DNA of 57,070 nt, filler included, from Basidiobolus ranarum (taxonomy: Eukaryota): NCBI GenBank assembly GCA_040143965.1. It is 2 parts of 2 records of this genome, joined end to end, with 100 filler letters (N's around TTAATTAATTAA, not from the genome) between each part and the next. Parts side by side here need not be neighbours in the genome. Positions count along the whole stretch, not along the records: positions 28,626 to 57,070 come from JASJQH010000115.1; 1 more part is not named here. One strand, 5' to 3'. The notes under the pieces were generated by a model, which had not been told where the DNA came from, did not search any database, and saw only the letters and a program-made list of their open reading frames with translations. The translations under genes and the position numbers were made by a program. Below are positions 34,748 to 49,610 of the stretch, one piece after another (the first letter of the stretch is position 1; each line of letters begins with the position of its first letter).

Positions 34748-35778
34748 TCTGGATTTTCTTTGGTGAACAGACCAGTGAAAGGATGGCTTTATAAATAAAC
34801 AGACCGGGGAAAAGATGATTTTATACGGCTTTCATTAAGCAACATTGATGGTATCTATTCTTCTTATGGCTCTATAATTAGACCAACTTCGTATATACTT
34901 GGCCACATGTGATGCTCCTCATAAGAGTTATCAACAGCACGTACGAAGTATCTGAATCTCGCTACTCCTTGCTGGTTAATAGTATGTCCTTATCCTCCAA
35001 TCTTGTAAATATTAATCCAAATTCGGCAATTTGATATCGATATTCACCAATTTAATATCGATATTCGCCAAGTCATCAAAAACAATACGAAGAATTTGAC
35101 TGAAAGGAAATGAATGGATTTTCGGTATCAACCATGTGGGTATCAAAATTTGCCGAGTTTTCATATGTCTGTGACCGTCAGCGAGCGTCCGTAAATAGAG
35201 AGATATTCTTGGGATAGAAGTCTTTGCACAGTATACAATCCCGATTTGAGGTTAGAGTAAATTCCAGAAGAAATTGGACCGTCTAGATTCATACTCCTTG
35301 ATATTTCCTAATTTGAGGGGTGATGATTCCAGCAATTGAAGCAGCCATTGCTTTCGTTTTAATGTTGAAGAGAATTGGGAAAATAGAACATCAAACAACT
35401 TCTGGCCATACTTATGCCACATAGCAAATCGTTCCATAAAATACTCCGAATTAAACCCAACTAAAGCCGATTAAACTTCGCAGGCTAAAAGTAATAGAGG
35501 AAGTTGCCAATCATGATTCATTCAGAAATTTGATTAGTTGAGAGATGTATTTCTACCAAGAATATCTACTTAGGGTTAGGTGATTTTCCTATGATTCCCT
35601 GACATTCCCTGTGATTCCCTATGATTTGAATATCTGGTCTTGGCATTTGTATTTTTTGACTAAATATCGCACTCGAGACGTTTGTTCGTCTGCTCATAAA
35701 ACTGCTTATTTCCAAAGAAGTCCATAAATATATTTGTATACATATTTCACAACGGCTTCATATAACTCCTCAAACAAC

Positions 35779-37876
35779 ATGCAGACTTTACTTGGTTTAC
35801 AACTAGACCAAAGTTGCGGTCTATTCAACAGCACTTGCTCAAACTTGCCCCTATACCTTCCAGGTTCTTCGTACCTCCTACGTTATATCACAAACTCGTA
35901 TCAGAATGATCCTTTTCGGGTGATATTAGAGTTGTTCTTGGTTTTCTTCGCTTTAAAATACTTGCTTTCTCAAAAATACAATATCGAAAACAACGATGTT
36001 CTGTTAACTGAAGAGGTAACTTTTGTAGAAAAGTCATATATCTTGTAAAATGCTCTTTCGTAGGAATGACGTGATGTTTCATTAACTAACATTCTCTCTT
36101 ATAGGAGATAAACGAGTTAGTTGATGATTGGCAACCGGAACCTTTAGTTCCAACTTTAAGTATTTCTGATCAAGAGATTTTAGACAATGTTCCAGTTACC
36201 GTTGGGTAAGCTAAGGATTTTTTACGTTTGTACTTTGTTTCTAAAGTAACTGTTTTCCTTTGGGGTATAGCCCACCTGGTGCTCGACAAAAAATGCGTAA
36301 TGGAAAGACATTAGTAAATATGGCAGCGTTTAATTTCTTGGGATTCTTAGGCAACGAGATATTTAAAGTATGTATGAATACTATTTTGGTGTTTTTGAAT
36401 ACCCATCTTATATACATATTGTAGACCGAGGCAGTGCGCACCCTTCGTAAATATGGTGTTGGAACATGTGGTCCTCCTGGTTTCTATGGAACTTTAGGTA
36501 ATTTCTTTCTTGTTAGAGACTTGATGATTTGTAATAGGACTAATGTATATGGATAGATGTTCATAAACTGTTGGAGAAAGATATTGCGAATTTTTTGGGA
36601 ACAGAAGACGCTATCATCTACTCACAAGGATTCTCTACTATATCTAGTGTAATTCCCGCGTATGTTAAACGCGGTGACCTCATTGTTTGGTAAGCCCATC
36701 ATAGACGAGTTGACATAGTGAGGCTTCTAACTTTGGTTTATTTAGTGATGAGGGGGCCAATTTCGCGATTCAGAAGGGGATTCAAATATCGCGATGCAAG
36801 GTTCGCTATTTTAAACATAACGATATAAACGATCTGGAGGGTGTTCTTCAGAGTATTCTTTGTGAAGACCTAGTGGTATGTCTTTTCTTGATTTTGACCT
36901 TATGAATGTATGCTAATCTTTCATTGAATATTTGAAACTGTTCAGACCAAACGCCCCGTTACTCGTCGATTTATTGTTACTGAGGGGCTCTCCTTAAATT
37001 ATGGTGACATTGCTCCACTCAAAAAATTAGTAAGTTTAAAGTTGGTTGTTGCTACTATTATTATTACTCGTTATTTAACCAACTTTATTATAGATTGAAT
37101 TCAAGCATGCATACAAATTTCGAATTATTTTGGATGAAAGTTTGTCATTTGGAGTTCTCGGCAAACGTGGAGCCGGTCTCACTGAGCACTTTGGGGTTCC
37201 AGTATGTATGATTCTCTTATTGAGTATACCCGAACGTGATTCTAACTCAATGCCTAGGTCGAAGATATTGATTTACTCATAGGCTCTATGTGCCATGCCC
37301 TCACCTCTTCGGGTGGCTTCTGTGCTGGAAGTAGAGAAATCATTGATCACCAAAGATTGTCTGGCTTGGCATACACTTTTTCTGCTTCGCTACCAGCCAT
37401 TTTGGCAGTTAGTGCACGAGAAGGATTAAGTGTTTTGCAAAAGGAAAAAGAGGTTTTATCCTCGCTGCGTAATAACATAAGCACATTCCGATCTATCGTA
37501 GAAAAGATCCCAACCATTTCTCTTGGAGAAACGTCTGAGATATCACCAATCTTGCATATGAGAATACACGATGAGGTGGTGGAAAAATTGAACTTGACCG
37601 TCCAAGATCAAGAAAAGAAGCTGCAGGAAACAGTATACGAAGTTGGTACTTTTCACAAGCATCGCGCCCATTGATTTCATAACTAACATCAGTGTTTAGG
37701 TTGGTCGTGATGGATTTCTCATCACTCGTGCTATGTATGTCTCCGACCAAGAATTGTTCTTACCCAAACCAAGTATTAGAATATGTATATCTGCAGCTCA
37801 TACCAAACGAGAGATTGAAAAAGCAGCTAACGCCATCAAAACAGCATTCTGTAAGGTTCTTGGAAAGCACAGATGA
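35779..37876 (+). CDS. LCB1: Serine palmitoyltransferase subunit 1 (SPTLC1); ~10 exons
   Basis: Spliced motifs [85 protein letters not shown]. Confidence 0.93.
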
Positions 37877-38300
37877 TATTTTCGTACCATGCCCTTCTTG
37901 TTTTCCATTGTTATCGCCGACCTATTTGAGTTTGGTTAACATCTTTCTATCAATCTGTATTTTAGTAAGATTCATTTGAGTTCGAATGTAGATTTTTTTA
38001 ATCACCTATCGAGTCGTATTTTCTCAGTGTAGCTACCACTCACTGCTGTATAGGCCTAGTCTAGTTTTTGATTATTAAGCAGGATTTTTCTAGTATCTAG
38101 ATCCTCGACAAATAAAATACCATAATTTACGAGACTATCATTTATGTGAGAATATTCCAAAAGTAAAATGCCATGATTTTGGAACATTCCGTCATAGACA
38201 TCACCCACACACTACCTCTGCATTGCTGACGTCTTCTTCATATTACGAATGAAGGTTATATAAAGAGGGAATATACCATTTTCCAACTCTAACCAGCACA

Positions 38301-38886
38301 ATGTCGTCAATCAAACAAACCTTTACTAAAGCCGGCATCATCCCAGATGGTAAGTTGATTATTATTCGATTGTATGTAAAGGATTCCTTCTTACAACCGC
38401 TATACTCTAGTCCTTCAAGATGTCGAAAATGCTGTTGTACTTAGAGTAACTTACCCCAGTGGAGACGCCGTGAACTCTGGCAATGAGTTATCAGTTGAGG
38501 GGACCCAAGAGCAACCCCAAGTCCATATCGATGCTAAAGAGGGTGAGAAATACACTTTGATTATGACCGATCCTGATGCCCCATCCCGCGAGAGCCCAAC
38601 TCTTGGTGAATGGAGACATTGGGTAGTTGGAAACGTAACTGGGGATGACCTCTCCAAGGCTGATGTTGTTACCAAGTACTTCGGTCCTGGACCTCCACCA
38701 GGTACTGGTTATCATCGCTATATCTTCCTACTCTATCGCCAAAATGGATCGATTGATTTCGAGAAACTTCCCGAGGATCCCAGCAAACGTAGTAATTTCA
38801 AGACTGAGGATTTCGTCAAGCAATACAACTTGACATTGGTTGCTGGAAATTTCTTTGAGGCTGAAAACAAGGAAGGAAAGCAATGA
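38301..38886 (+). CDS. Phosphatidylethanolamine-binding protein (PEBP/RKIP/Tfs1-like); 2 exons (38301-38349, 38411-38886)
   Basis: GIIPD/V, YTLIMTDPDAPSR, EWRHW, GPGPPPGTGYHRY. Confidence 0.93.
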
Positions 38887-39155
38887 TTTATATCAGAATT
38901 TGGAAAGCCTTGATTAATTATGAATACTTAGACCAACATTTATAAATAAATTTGAAATTACCTGAAACTTTCGATAAATATTACTGTATTATCCAATCAA
39001 TCAGTAAAGCCATTTCAGCAGTCTCAAGTGAATAATTTTCGAAAGAAAAAAAAACCCTCTAAAAAAGATATCGAGAAATTACCGTATTTTTACCTACACA
39101 AACACAGTTTGGTCATTTCATAGAGTCAGCTTCCAAAAAAACCTCTAGTAAAATC

Positions 39156-42100
39156 ATGTCCATTTTGCTGGAAGATTCGACTTCTTGCGAGTCAATCACT
39201 CGTTCTTTGAGGTCAACCACCCTTTCCTATGAAGATAAATTAACCCTGGCCAAGAAAGCTTGGTCTACAAACGTAGTTTTCCCACATAAGAACGAATTTT
39301 TTCTAGAATGGTGCTTAAACACCATGGTAAAATCTGCTGGAAAGTCTTCCACGTATGTATTGTAGAATTTTTAGTTTAACCCGTAATTTGAAAAAACTAA
39401 ACATTGATGTATGGTATAGACCGGATGCGCCGCTTTTGGATGTTGGATATTGGACGTTTTTGAAGGAGGTATTGGAGGCTTCTTTTGCTCATTCAGTGGG
39501 AATCAGTGATGGCTTAAATCTGGTCAATCCGGCGATTATCCTTAAATCGCCTTTCGTTCAAATATTTGTTGGTTGTTTGGGAGCAATGGAAAAGGAGAGC
39601 AACCCTTCTTTAGTATTTGAGGTGTATGGAGTTTTCAATCTATTAGTAAGCACCGAACTTGTAGACAGCTTTAAACCCACTTTGGATCAACTTAGCTCTT
39701 TACTCCAAGTATGCTTAAGCGCCTTGGTCCATGTCTATCGTTCCAATCATAGCCCAGAAGTACTTGAAGAATTTTTAAAACTTGGAAATGTGCTTACCGC
39801 TTTCATATGCAAAAACATGATAGCCAGTGCTAATCAGCGCAAGGTAACCATCCAGTTCGTTTATCCTTGCTACTGTACAGCATGCTCACCTCGTTTTATC
39901 ATTAGGTGTTTACAATTGTTACTGGCAAATTGTTTTCTCCATTGTTACAGGTACTCGATATTACACAAGATCGGACGGAAGCGAAGTACCTTGAACTATA
40001 CAACAACATCACAACTTTGTTACGATTCAGTCTCTTTCATTTGGATTACATCATGGATTATTCCACAATTTTACCCTACGAGCCATCAAAGAGTTCGGAA
40101 AAAGCTGCTCGAGGAATTCAAAGTTATCAAAAACAGCTTTTCGACCAAATTCATACATTAATTAAGAACCAACCTACCTCAGATATCTTATATGGTAATT
40201 TTCCAACTCGTACATCACTGTTGTACCAAGTTCATAGCACTAATACATGTGAATAGTTTATCGCTCGTTCCCTGCCCTCTTCAGCTACTTCATTGAAAAC
40301 TGCAGACGCAAGCAGAAATCCCTTACCTCCGCTGGTTCATCGTCCAAAGATAGTAGCAACTTAACTGAGGTAGTTAGAACCATGGAGTTTGCCTTCTTCT
40401 TAGAATTCTATAAAGTTGTAGAGAAGTCGTTCTTGAACTCGGTTCAATCTGGTAAATCTTTAGTTGCGGAAGGAACTGGCGAGATTCAAGAAGTTTTAAA
40501 CAGCTTACTGAATCTGCTATTGAAGCATAACGTATACCACTTAACCAACGATGCCATTTCAATTCAACAATATGAAATGTTACAGCGGTCCATGGAAAAC
40601 TTCTTCCAAATGTACAGAACACAACCAGAATCTGGAGTTCTTCAAACAGGTTTATTTAAGTCATGTGATACTCTTTTACAACTAGACAACCGAATTATCG
40701 AGAAACACTTGGAAGATATTTGGAAATTGGCATTGAATCCTCTGAGCGATTCTTTCAAAAATTGCGAAGAATTCATCAAGAATTTGATGATCACCTATGC
40801 CAAATCCCGTCAATTTGACTCTTACGTTACTGGCTTATTCAACGCGTTGAGAGAAATTGAAGACGTGAACTGTATTTTAGATCAGCCAATCTTCTCTAAT
40901 GTTCTTTTGGAGGAGTTCACCAATTCTGTTGCTACTTTGCCTAACGCTCAGCACCAAGAAATACTATCCCTCTTTGCCTCTGAGCTTGCCGAACATCTTA
41001 CCTTCCCAGGGGAATCAGCACCTACCAAAAAGAGAAAGACTGGTGAGGAAAGCAGCAAAACAATCGATTCTGTCAAATCAGCTGAGCCACTTGGAATCTT
41101 AATGAGCAGATTCCTCAAAGGAGTAAAGAGCGATAACATGACAAAAAAGAAGTTAGATCCTGGATTTACCAGAATTTTCCAAGATTTCGTAGAACCTGTA
41201 CTACAGGCCCTTAAGAATGCCTCGAAATCTAGCAATGCTTTTTTGCGTAACTACGTGTATCCAGCACTGTTCCTTCACCAATCTATCTGCGATGTATCAT
41301 TGACCTATTGGACCGAATATTCGAGTACCGAATGGATACTTGATGCTGCCGATTTACTTGAACCTCATGGCAAGAAAGAGCCCAGAGTGCAGTTGTTCTT
41401 GGTAAGTTAGTTTTGATTGAAAACCACCCTTGTCTACTTTACTAATACCACTTTGTAGTGTGTATTGCTCTTACAACATGTTGAGCGTCTAGCATCCACC
41501 CCAGGTGATCTCACTGGATCCGAGCTAACTACTATTTGTGAAGGATTAGTTACCCGTGCAATTAACCTCAGCAGCTTGGAGTCTGTTCAATTAAGCCGTA
41601 CCTGGGATGGTAGTCTCACGCATCTCACTAATGACAACCTTCCAGTTGCATACTATAAGAGGATTGTTGGTGACTGCTTCGAGATCGTTGGCAGATATTC
41701 TTCTAAGGATCAGTTGAGAAAGCTTCTGACAATTCTGATTAAGAGCTACATTTCAGTGGAGTCGGAGCCGAACAACAGTGGTTTCGCATTTAGAAATATC
41801 ACAGTGAAATTATTAAACAATGCACAATTCTTTGAGTTGATCCCAGTCAAAGAAAACTTTTTGAAGGTTTTCTTGGACGTCTTACAACATAAATTCCAAC
41901 AAGATTCCTGCCAACAACTCGTCGGCATTGTTGCGAATGGAAAAGATGCACAAATTGTTGAAAAAGTAACAGCCATTCTCTCGAAGCGTTCCGTTAGCAC
42001 CACCTCTTCATTACATACAAGTGAGTATATTCGACTCATTGAAATGCTCAATTTGTTTCCTTGTGAATACTTCGATAGACATGACAGGGATAAGATCATC

Positions 42101-44240
42101 GTGGCCTCTTTATGCATTGATAAGCTATTCACTTCCACTGATAGTCTCGATAGCAAGTTAATACATGGTCCACTTACTACCAGGGTTTTGATTGAGAAAT
42201 TGCTTACTTTCCATATTGACGGATCCATTATTCTGCAAGATTTCCAACTCTTGAATTATCTTCTTTCCACCGTTTCCTTCTCGAAACAATCCAAGGCTGT
42301 CAGTGAAGGAGTGAAGAATACCACTTCTACTATCCAAAATCTGTGTTTGACTAGAATGTTTACCTTATTAACGAATAAGGAAACTGCAGAGAAATCTGTA
42401 GCCTATCTTCAAGATGCGGTGAATGGAATGAGTCAAACCATGATGAATGTCGGGGTCAGCGAGAATGTGGAGGCCTTGCACTCGTACAATTTTGTTACTT
42501 GTTATACAGAATATATCGAATCGCATTATGTGAAGAATATTCAGACCAACGTTCCACTGGAAACAATCCAATTTCTTCACAAATTCACACTTCAACTAGA
42601 AGATACCATCTATCCTCCCCTTGTCAAACTCAAATCTGAATTGGACAGACTCACCAGCACCCAGGCCACCTTCAACGACCTTGCAAAGCCAATCGTAAAT
42701 GCAGAATACTTGATTTATCTTTTCTGGGCACTTTTGAAATACCAGCGAATTGCCATAGTCATTGGAAACGAACAAACCAAGAAATTGGTCACTTTGATCT
42801 CCATCATCAAAAGCTTTTCGCTGATTGTTAACCGAATGCTTGCCGACCAGGAAGCAGCTGACTCTGCCATCTATACTCAATTTTTCCACGTTGCAACCCA
42901 CTTTCTCGCTGGATTTTGTGAAATAGTGTTTGATCTGGAACCTGATATGTCCTCGGATACCATTTCTTCAGTCACAACCTTGCTTATCACATTGAAAGAG
43001 GTCACAAACGAAAAAGGTATGAATATTTTCGAAAAGCCCTTTATCCATTCCATACTCTAGCTAAGCTTTCTAACAACCTTTAATTAGATGTCTCGCAAAC
43101 GTTGACTGATAGCTTTACAAAATTGATCGCAAAGTCGCCTCGTGAGTACACGGCAAAACTATTAGAAGCATACTTAGATAAAATAGACATTCTATGCACC
43201 GCTCCTGAGCAAAAGTCCACCAAACAAACGACACATAGAGTTAATGAACCTGCCGTGTTATTAAACACCATCAACTCTATCTTTACTTCGGTGGATCATA
43301 GTAAGCCTTCCAGAACATAATCTCTCTCACATAAGCATATTCTTACCATTTTACTCATAAGGTCAAAAGAGATACTTCAAACGGTACATTCCTCATCTAG
43401 TTGGCAAATTGATACTTTTGTTGCAATGTACAAGCTCTGTTGAATTGATTCTTGAAGCCTTGACTCTGCTGAAAAACATGTGCTCCGATGTGGTATGTCT
43501 TTCATTCCTAAACCATACACCGTGCAAAAAAAACCTACGCTAAACACACCCACTTTATTTAGACTTTAGACTATCGTACCAGTGATTTGGTGGGTGTACT
43601 TGACTGTCTGAACCAGCTTGGCTCACCCACACTTATCAATAGACTTCGTGAACCACTGGACGAAACCAAAGCAAATCAAATATTTGATGGAATCTATCAT
43701 GTACTGCTCAGTTTGGTCAAATCACGTCGAGAACAACTTAGCGAAATCTTCCCCAATTTAACGGGTGTTTTGGGACCACTATTTTACTGCTTTGTGACTG
43801 AACATCAGACAGTCTCTCGTCGACAACAGTCCAAATCACAAAATAACTACGGAAAAACCAAACCATTCTCAGTTATCACTACTTTCGCACCCCTCTCGGA
43901 TTTAACTGCCCAAAACTTCGCCAGATTGATCACCACCCTATGTACTAGACCAACTAACCAAGCTGGAAAACCCTCCACTTCCACATTCCTAAAAGCATTC
44001 GGAAAGCACGCACCTTATTTGATTGCCGAATACTTGAGCATTCAAACCAACCCAACTGCTTCCATCTCCAAGCTGTCAGTTAGGAATGCCATCGTGCCTG
44101 GGCTATATGCTTTACTCGATCTGTGTGGAGAACACGAAAGAGATATGGTCATGGTGACTTTGGATCTTACTGGGAAATCCCTCTTCAAAAGTCTCTATAG
44201 TGACTATCTCCAGTATCATAAATATACTGGAAAAGCATAA
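39156..44240 (+). CDS. URB2: Nucleolar pre-60S biogenesis factor Urb2/Npa2; ~8 exons
   Basis: Large helical protein; N-terminal FPHKNEFFLEW; C-terminal Urb2-type segment FGKHAPYLIAEY..IVPGLYALLDLC..KSLFKSLYSDY..KYTGK. Confidence 0.85.
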
Positions 44241-45294
44241 TTCCCATTGTTTCTTATTATTTTGTATTGATTTTGGAGTTAAAATATATATATTCTTGAA
44301 TTTTTTATTCATCCACTACCATTCTATAAGATAGACTTGCCTACGAAGGTACCTTTCAGTTATGTAGAGTAGTATTACAAACCTCTTATCATTAAAGGAT
44401 TTCATATATATGTGCCTATGGCGATTATTAAAGGATTTCATATGTGTACCTATGGCGCAAAGCAAGAGGATCTATGCTTGTCACTGTTATCTCTGTCAAT
44501 ACGTTATAAAGAAACTTTACTCAAAAGCCATTCTACACACATGGAAAACGAACTAAACTCATGATGGACGAACATGTTATAACTCGACAACTTGTCTTGT
44601 TCAGTAGCATCCGTAACTTTACCCGGCACTACTATTTCGTACACTCACGTGCCCTATATAATCCACCAGTAACACGTTCTAATCATAAATGAAGATCCCA
44701 TTGAAATAACCATCAGTTTTGGAAGCGAGATTACTTTTATTGGCAGGCATCATTAATTTCCTCTTTGCATGGTTTCCGCTAAATTTTTCAGCATTTACCA
44801 ATACGGAGAGCAATACGGAGGATTTGACAGATATCACTAACTAAATCTTAAGCTAGCGAGCAATTTCGGATCAGTACAAAAAGATACTTATGGAGAAAAT
44901 TTTATAAGAAAAAAATTAAGGGAAATCACTCACAATTTTATTACTAATTCGACTTGGTTGAAAATTCATTGCTTTTTGGTTCAGTTGGTTGTTTCAATTG
45001 TGCTAGTTTGTTATTATCTTTAACTCATTACTTTGTGCTATTCATTCGTTTCTCTCTTTCTTCCTCCCTCCAAATATTTCTCTTTTCCGAAACTTAGTAT
45101 TTACTTCGGAGGAATCTGCGATATATATAGTATTCGTTGCTTTCTCACTATGTCTTCATAATTCCTATATTACTTCTGAAATCAACTGCTACATTTAACT
45201 CTTTAGTATTGCCCACACTCCATTCTGCTTCTCCCCCACCCACAACCTCTGAAAACCCTTTCATTATCAATCTCATTTCTAAAGTACTTTTGGA

Positions 45295-48200
45295 ATGGAT
45301 CCAAGCTTAGAACAAACCTTTAGCGTTCAAGATTTATACAAGTAATATTTTCAACTCTACATTTTTTTACGAAAGGTTTAAATATGTGTACTGATTAAAT
45401 ATTATAAATCAAAGAACTACCGTAGAGCTAGATAAAGAGCTCCGTAATGTTCTTCGCCAAAAAAATCCTTTTCACGATGAAGCCGTTATACTTCGCTCAA
45501 GGTAAAATTATTTCACCAAAAGTGTGGGAGATCTCTAGTTTTACTAATACCTGAGTAACTTTTACAGAATCAAGACTTTATATGAACAGATCGTCTTTAT
45601 GGATTATGAATTTGCCACTTTAAAAGAGGTGGAAATTAATTTATGGAAGACAGTTTTTTATAAGGTTATTGAGGATTATCGTAGGAAATTACGTCATGTA
45701 AGTTTCCCTTAAGGATTTTTTGGTGAATAGATATATGAATACTTATTTTCATTCAGATTTCCAGCGAACGTACAAAGTCTTCCGAATTGAAAAGAGTAAA
45801 AAATTCGTTTCGTTCATTTCTTCAAGAAGCAGCTGGATTCTATGTTTCATTCAAGCAAAAGCTTGCAACCGATTTTCAGCTATGTTTACCTCAAACCTTT
45901 TTAAATAAGGCTCTCTTATTTGGTATGTATTTTTCTCTTTCGTTTACTCTATATACACTATATATATATATGCATACTTAAGTTTGTTGTTTGTAGACAT
46001 CCAACCTGAAAGTCTTGTTGCCGAGAAAACTAGGTCCAAGGCACTCTTTTCGTATCAACAAAGCTTGATCTATCTTGGAGATTTAGGTAACGTTTGCACT
46101 ATTTGTATACATCAAATACTCTCATACTTATTTACATTATAAAACGTAAAAAGCCCGTTATAGAGAGATGTATACGGATCGTCAACAAAAAAATTGGTCT
46201 GCTGCTATTGAATATTACAACGAGGCTCTGGCTCTGGTGCCCACAAATGGTATATACAAAAGCAAATGATTTATCCAAAGTGTTGGGGTATTAAATGTAT
46301 TCTATAGGTAACCCACACAATCAATTGGCGGTTGTTTCTTCGTATTGTGGTGATGAGTTAGGCACCATATATCATTACTACAGAAGGTAACCGGCACATA
46401 CTGAATCGTACATTTTTCGACGATATACTAAGCGTTTTTTTTTAGTCTGGTCACCTCTCAACCTTTCCTTACAGCTAAAGAGAACATCGATTTGTTGTTT
46501 CAACGCAGTAAGAAAATCTATGATTCTTCTCCTAAATCCAGTGACGATGGGTATGTTTCGAGAAACTTATTGCCAAATGTCCGTGATAATGTTACTCAAA
46601 TTCACTATGTTCAACTAACAGTGCATCTAATGGAGTCGAGCGCTCTTCCTTGAGAAAGGGCAACAAAGTTGATGAAGGGGCGGTGAAAGGATTCATCAAA
46701 GAATATATCTATCTTCATGGTATTCTCCACATGAGGGCCGAGTACGTTGCGCATATTGCTTTTCACCTTGACGCTATTTTTACTAATCTATGTGGTTGTT
46801 ATAGTCTGAACTCGTTTCCAGCATTCAAGGATTCGGTTATATCAAAGTTTAGGGAGTTGCTGGATAGTCGCTCATTTGATGCTGACCAGATCTTGGAGAT
46901 CACTCTGATCAATATTGCTGCCCTTCATGTCTTCCGTCACTATAAGAACAACTCTGAGGACAAAAACACTAGCAGTACTACATTGCAAGCTTCTAGAAAT
47001 GGTGTTTTGGAGCGTCATTTATACTTGCTAATCATAGAGATGTTCCAAGTTATGATGGATGTTGGTAGCAACGTTTTTGAAGTAATTGCTACCAAGCAAG
47101 CTGAGATTGAATCTAGCAGAGACCGTCCGGAGTTTCCTGCATGTGTTAAGCGAATCTTGCCCTCGGCACGTGTTAATGTCCAATGGATTATGAAAAACCT
47201 CAACCTTTATCAATTATCCTCTACGCAGGTTAGAAGGACCGCCGCTGAACGTGATACCATCCGTTCTTTCTGGCAGAGCTTCGTTACCTTCATGAATCAC
47301 CTTCAAGTAAAGTTTGGTGGCACCGTTGTGAACCAAATTGCCAGTATGAAAGAGGATTTTGAAATCCAAGGGTTCATTGCTATTAAGCCTGAGATTGATA
47401 TTTCCAACTGTTCGTTGGTCCGTCCCAAGTTGGATTCTCAAAGTGAGACCAAGTTAAGAGCTGTGTCTATGATTCATGACGCCAAAAAGCTCGTTGAACT
47501 CCAGGTAAGTGCCACTTGACGTGATGATTGCTCACGATAAGTCATTAAATCTTGTATATTTAGATGGTGCCGCTCGCTTTTGATCCACAGTCGCCTATTC
47601 CGTTCTCATTTGATGAAAGTCGGGTATTCGAGGAACCATCGAAAGACTCGGTGACTGCTGAAGAAACCCCCAGGATGTCCGATCCTATGGCAGCGGCTCT
47701 TGCGAGTGTTCCTGACCTGATTAGGAATATTACCTCATCCATGTATTCTTCAAGCGCCAGCCCTGGCTTCGGTTATGGATTTAAGGTGTCACAAGGATCA
47801 TCATCTGATGAGGAGAACGAAAGTCTTCCCTTTGGTGCTCGTCCACGTCACAGTAAGAATAGTATTGTTGTTGGCTCAGGTCGTACAGCCAGATCATCGA
47901 ACTCAACTCCGTACAACCAGAGTCCAGAGCTAACTCACGAGACTTTCGATCTCCATACAGATGCTCCAGTTGGTGTGAAGGCCTTAAACAACAATGAGGA
48001 GCCATGCTCAGCCAATGGAAAGGCGTTCAACTTGTGGAATCAATATGGACCAAAGTCTGTTTACGAAAGCCGTCGATCAAGCTATAACAATTCGCCATCA
48101 GCTGTGGGTGCACCATTACCATCTGTTGGAAATAGCCTCAGTGGAACAAATGTTCCCACCCAAAACTCTTCCCTTGTCAATGAACAGTTTGGCGGCTACT

Positions 48201-48730
48201 CACCCTTCCCCCAACCAACTTGTAGTGAGCAGTATAGACGCGAAACGCCATCTGGCCTCGGCATTCTTACTGGAATACAATCCAAGGGCTTTGGGCTTGG
48301 AGGCTCAACATCCTATGATAAACCCAATGTTCAATCGAGTTCTCTCTTCTCAGGCTCTACTCACTCTGCGGGAAACAGCCGCACAAATTCTTTTTCACTT
48401 TTAGGACAACACTCCTATATTGAGCCTAACAATAGTAACTATGAGTCGTCTAATTCCTTATTCTCGGAATCTATGGGAATGCCATCCTTCGATGCGACCA
48501 CTTCCCCCGTTGATGGACAACCTGGTAAAACCAAGTCTCCCATTTGTCCACCTCCTGGATTTAGTACGTCTAGTTATAGAGATCACCCTTCCGATCGTTC
48601 ACGTGGTACCGGAAACAATGATAGCTACTTTGGGTATCCGCCATATCGCTCATCTTCTTTGGATGCGCAGAGCCATTACTTCAATGGTATTCTAAACAGC
48701 GGCGTAGCTACCACAGACCAGTATCGATAA
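45295..48730 (+). CDS. EST1/SMG7 (Ebs1)-like protein: 14-3-3-like TPR domain plus low-complexity C-terminus; multi-exon
   Basis: Spliced motifs VEINLWKTVFY, LIYLGDLARY, YYNEALALVPTNGNPHNQLAV, YHYYRSL..QPFLTAKENI. No PIN domain is visible in the last exon. Confidence 0.88.
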
Positions 48731-49221
48731 GTTAGCAATTTATTGAACAATTCGAATAACCAATTTCTGACATGATTGTCGTCCGAGGAAAAATCGGCGT
48801 TTCGAGACGGTTTCCGTTCTCAACTCAATCAATTACTTGACCATCGAAACGGGATTCTCCTCTAAGCCACGCTTTGTAACTCTCCACCGAAACGAAACCC
48901 ATCTACTTTTCTCATTCAACCATTTAAAAAATCCCAAAAAAAGGACTATGTTGATGATGTAGGATCACCTGATCACTGATCACACTGAATGAACCCCAAT
49001 ATGTTAGTCACTGTGAGCCATTCAATATTTAGTATTTGCGTTGTGAATGAGGCCTTTATCCCCTTGATTTAAATGAGCCAAGTTGGGTGGAACTAAGGTG
49101 CAATAAATAATGTTCCCTTGAGGATTCTTGTATCATGCCGTTAGTGGTTTATTTTCCAATAGTCTAAGGTAGTATGAATATGAGTATAAATATGGATATG
49201 AAGTAGGGAGAAGGGTGGCGT

Positions 49222-49610
49222 CTACCACTCTGTATTTTTCTTGTTGGCTTGTTTTTCCAAGCGCTTCTCCTGGATTATTTGTTTGATTTTATCCTTCTTT
49301 CCAACGTTTTCAAATTCATAAGGACAGTGTCGACACGTATTTCCACAACAGTAACCACGTTTCAAGTGACCGAAGGTAGTAAACACGGTATATCCTGTCG
49401 CTGGATCCTTATATGTAGGCTGTTCATTCTAGAATAAAAGCGGTGGTTAGTCTAGCTTACAGTGAATTCAAGTCGACATTTGCTTACTTCAACAGCTTTT
49501 TGGTGTTCTTTCATATACACTGCTACAGCAGGATCTACAGCCTCGGTTGTTAAAGCTCTAACTGTCATAGTTCTAGAAAGCAAACCGACAGTCGTATGCC
49601 TTAAACTCAT
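49222..49610 (-). CDS. C1orf53/DUF5522-family small Cys-rich protein (109 aa); 2 exons (49610-49488, 49428-49222)
   Basis: Spliced product contains YKDPATGYTVFTTFGHLKRGYCCGNTCRHCPY; 59-nt GTAAGC..CTAAC..TAG intron. Not in the ORF track. Confidence 0.88.

Noticed and set aside
44391-44457. ~33-bp imperfect duplication; similar small duplications at 31157-31185 and 35584-35625
   Set aside because: These look like ordinary slippage duplications with no evidence of function.
45295-48730. SMG6/SMG5 nuclease assignment
   Set aside because: The C-terminal exon is S/G/N/P-rich low complexity with no PIN domain, so SMG7/Ebs1-like fits better.
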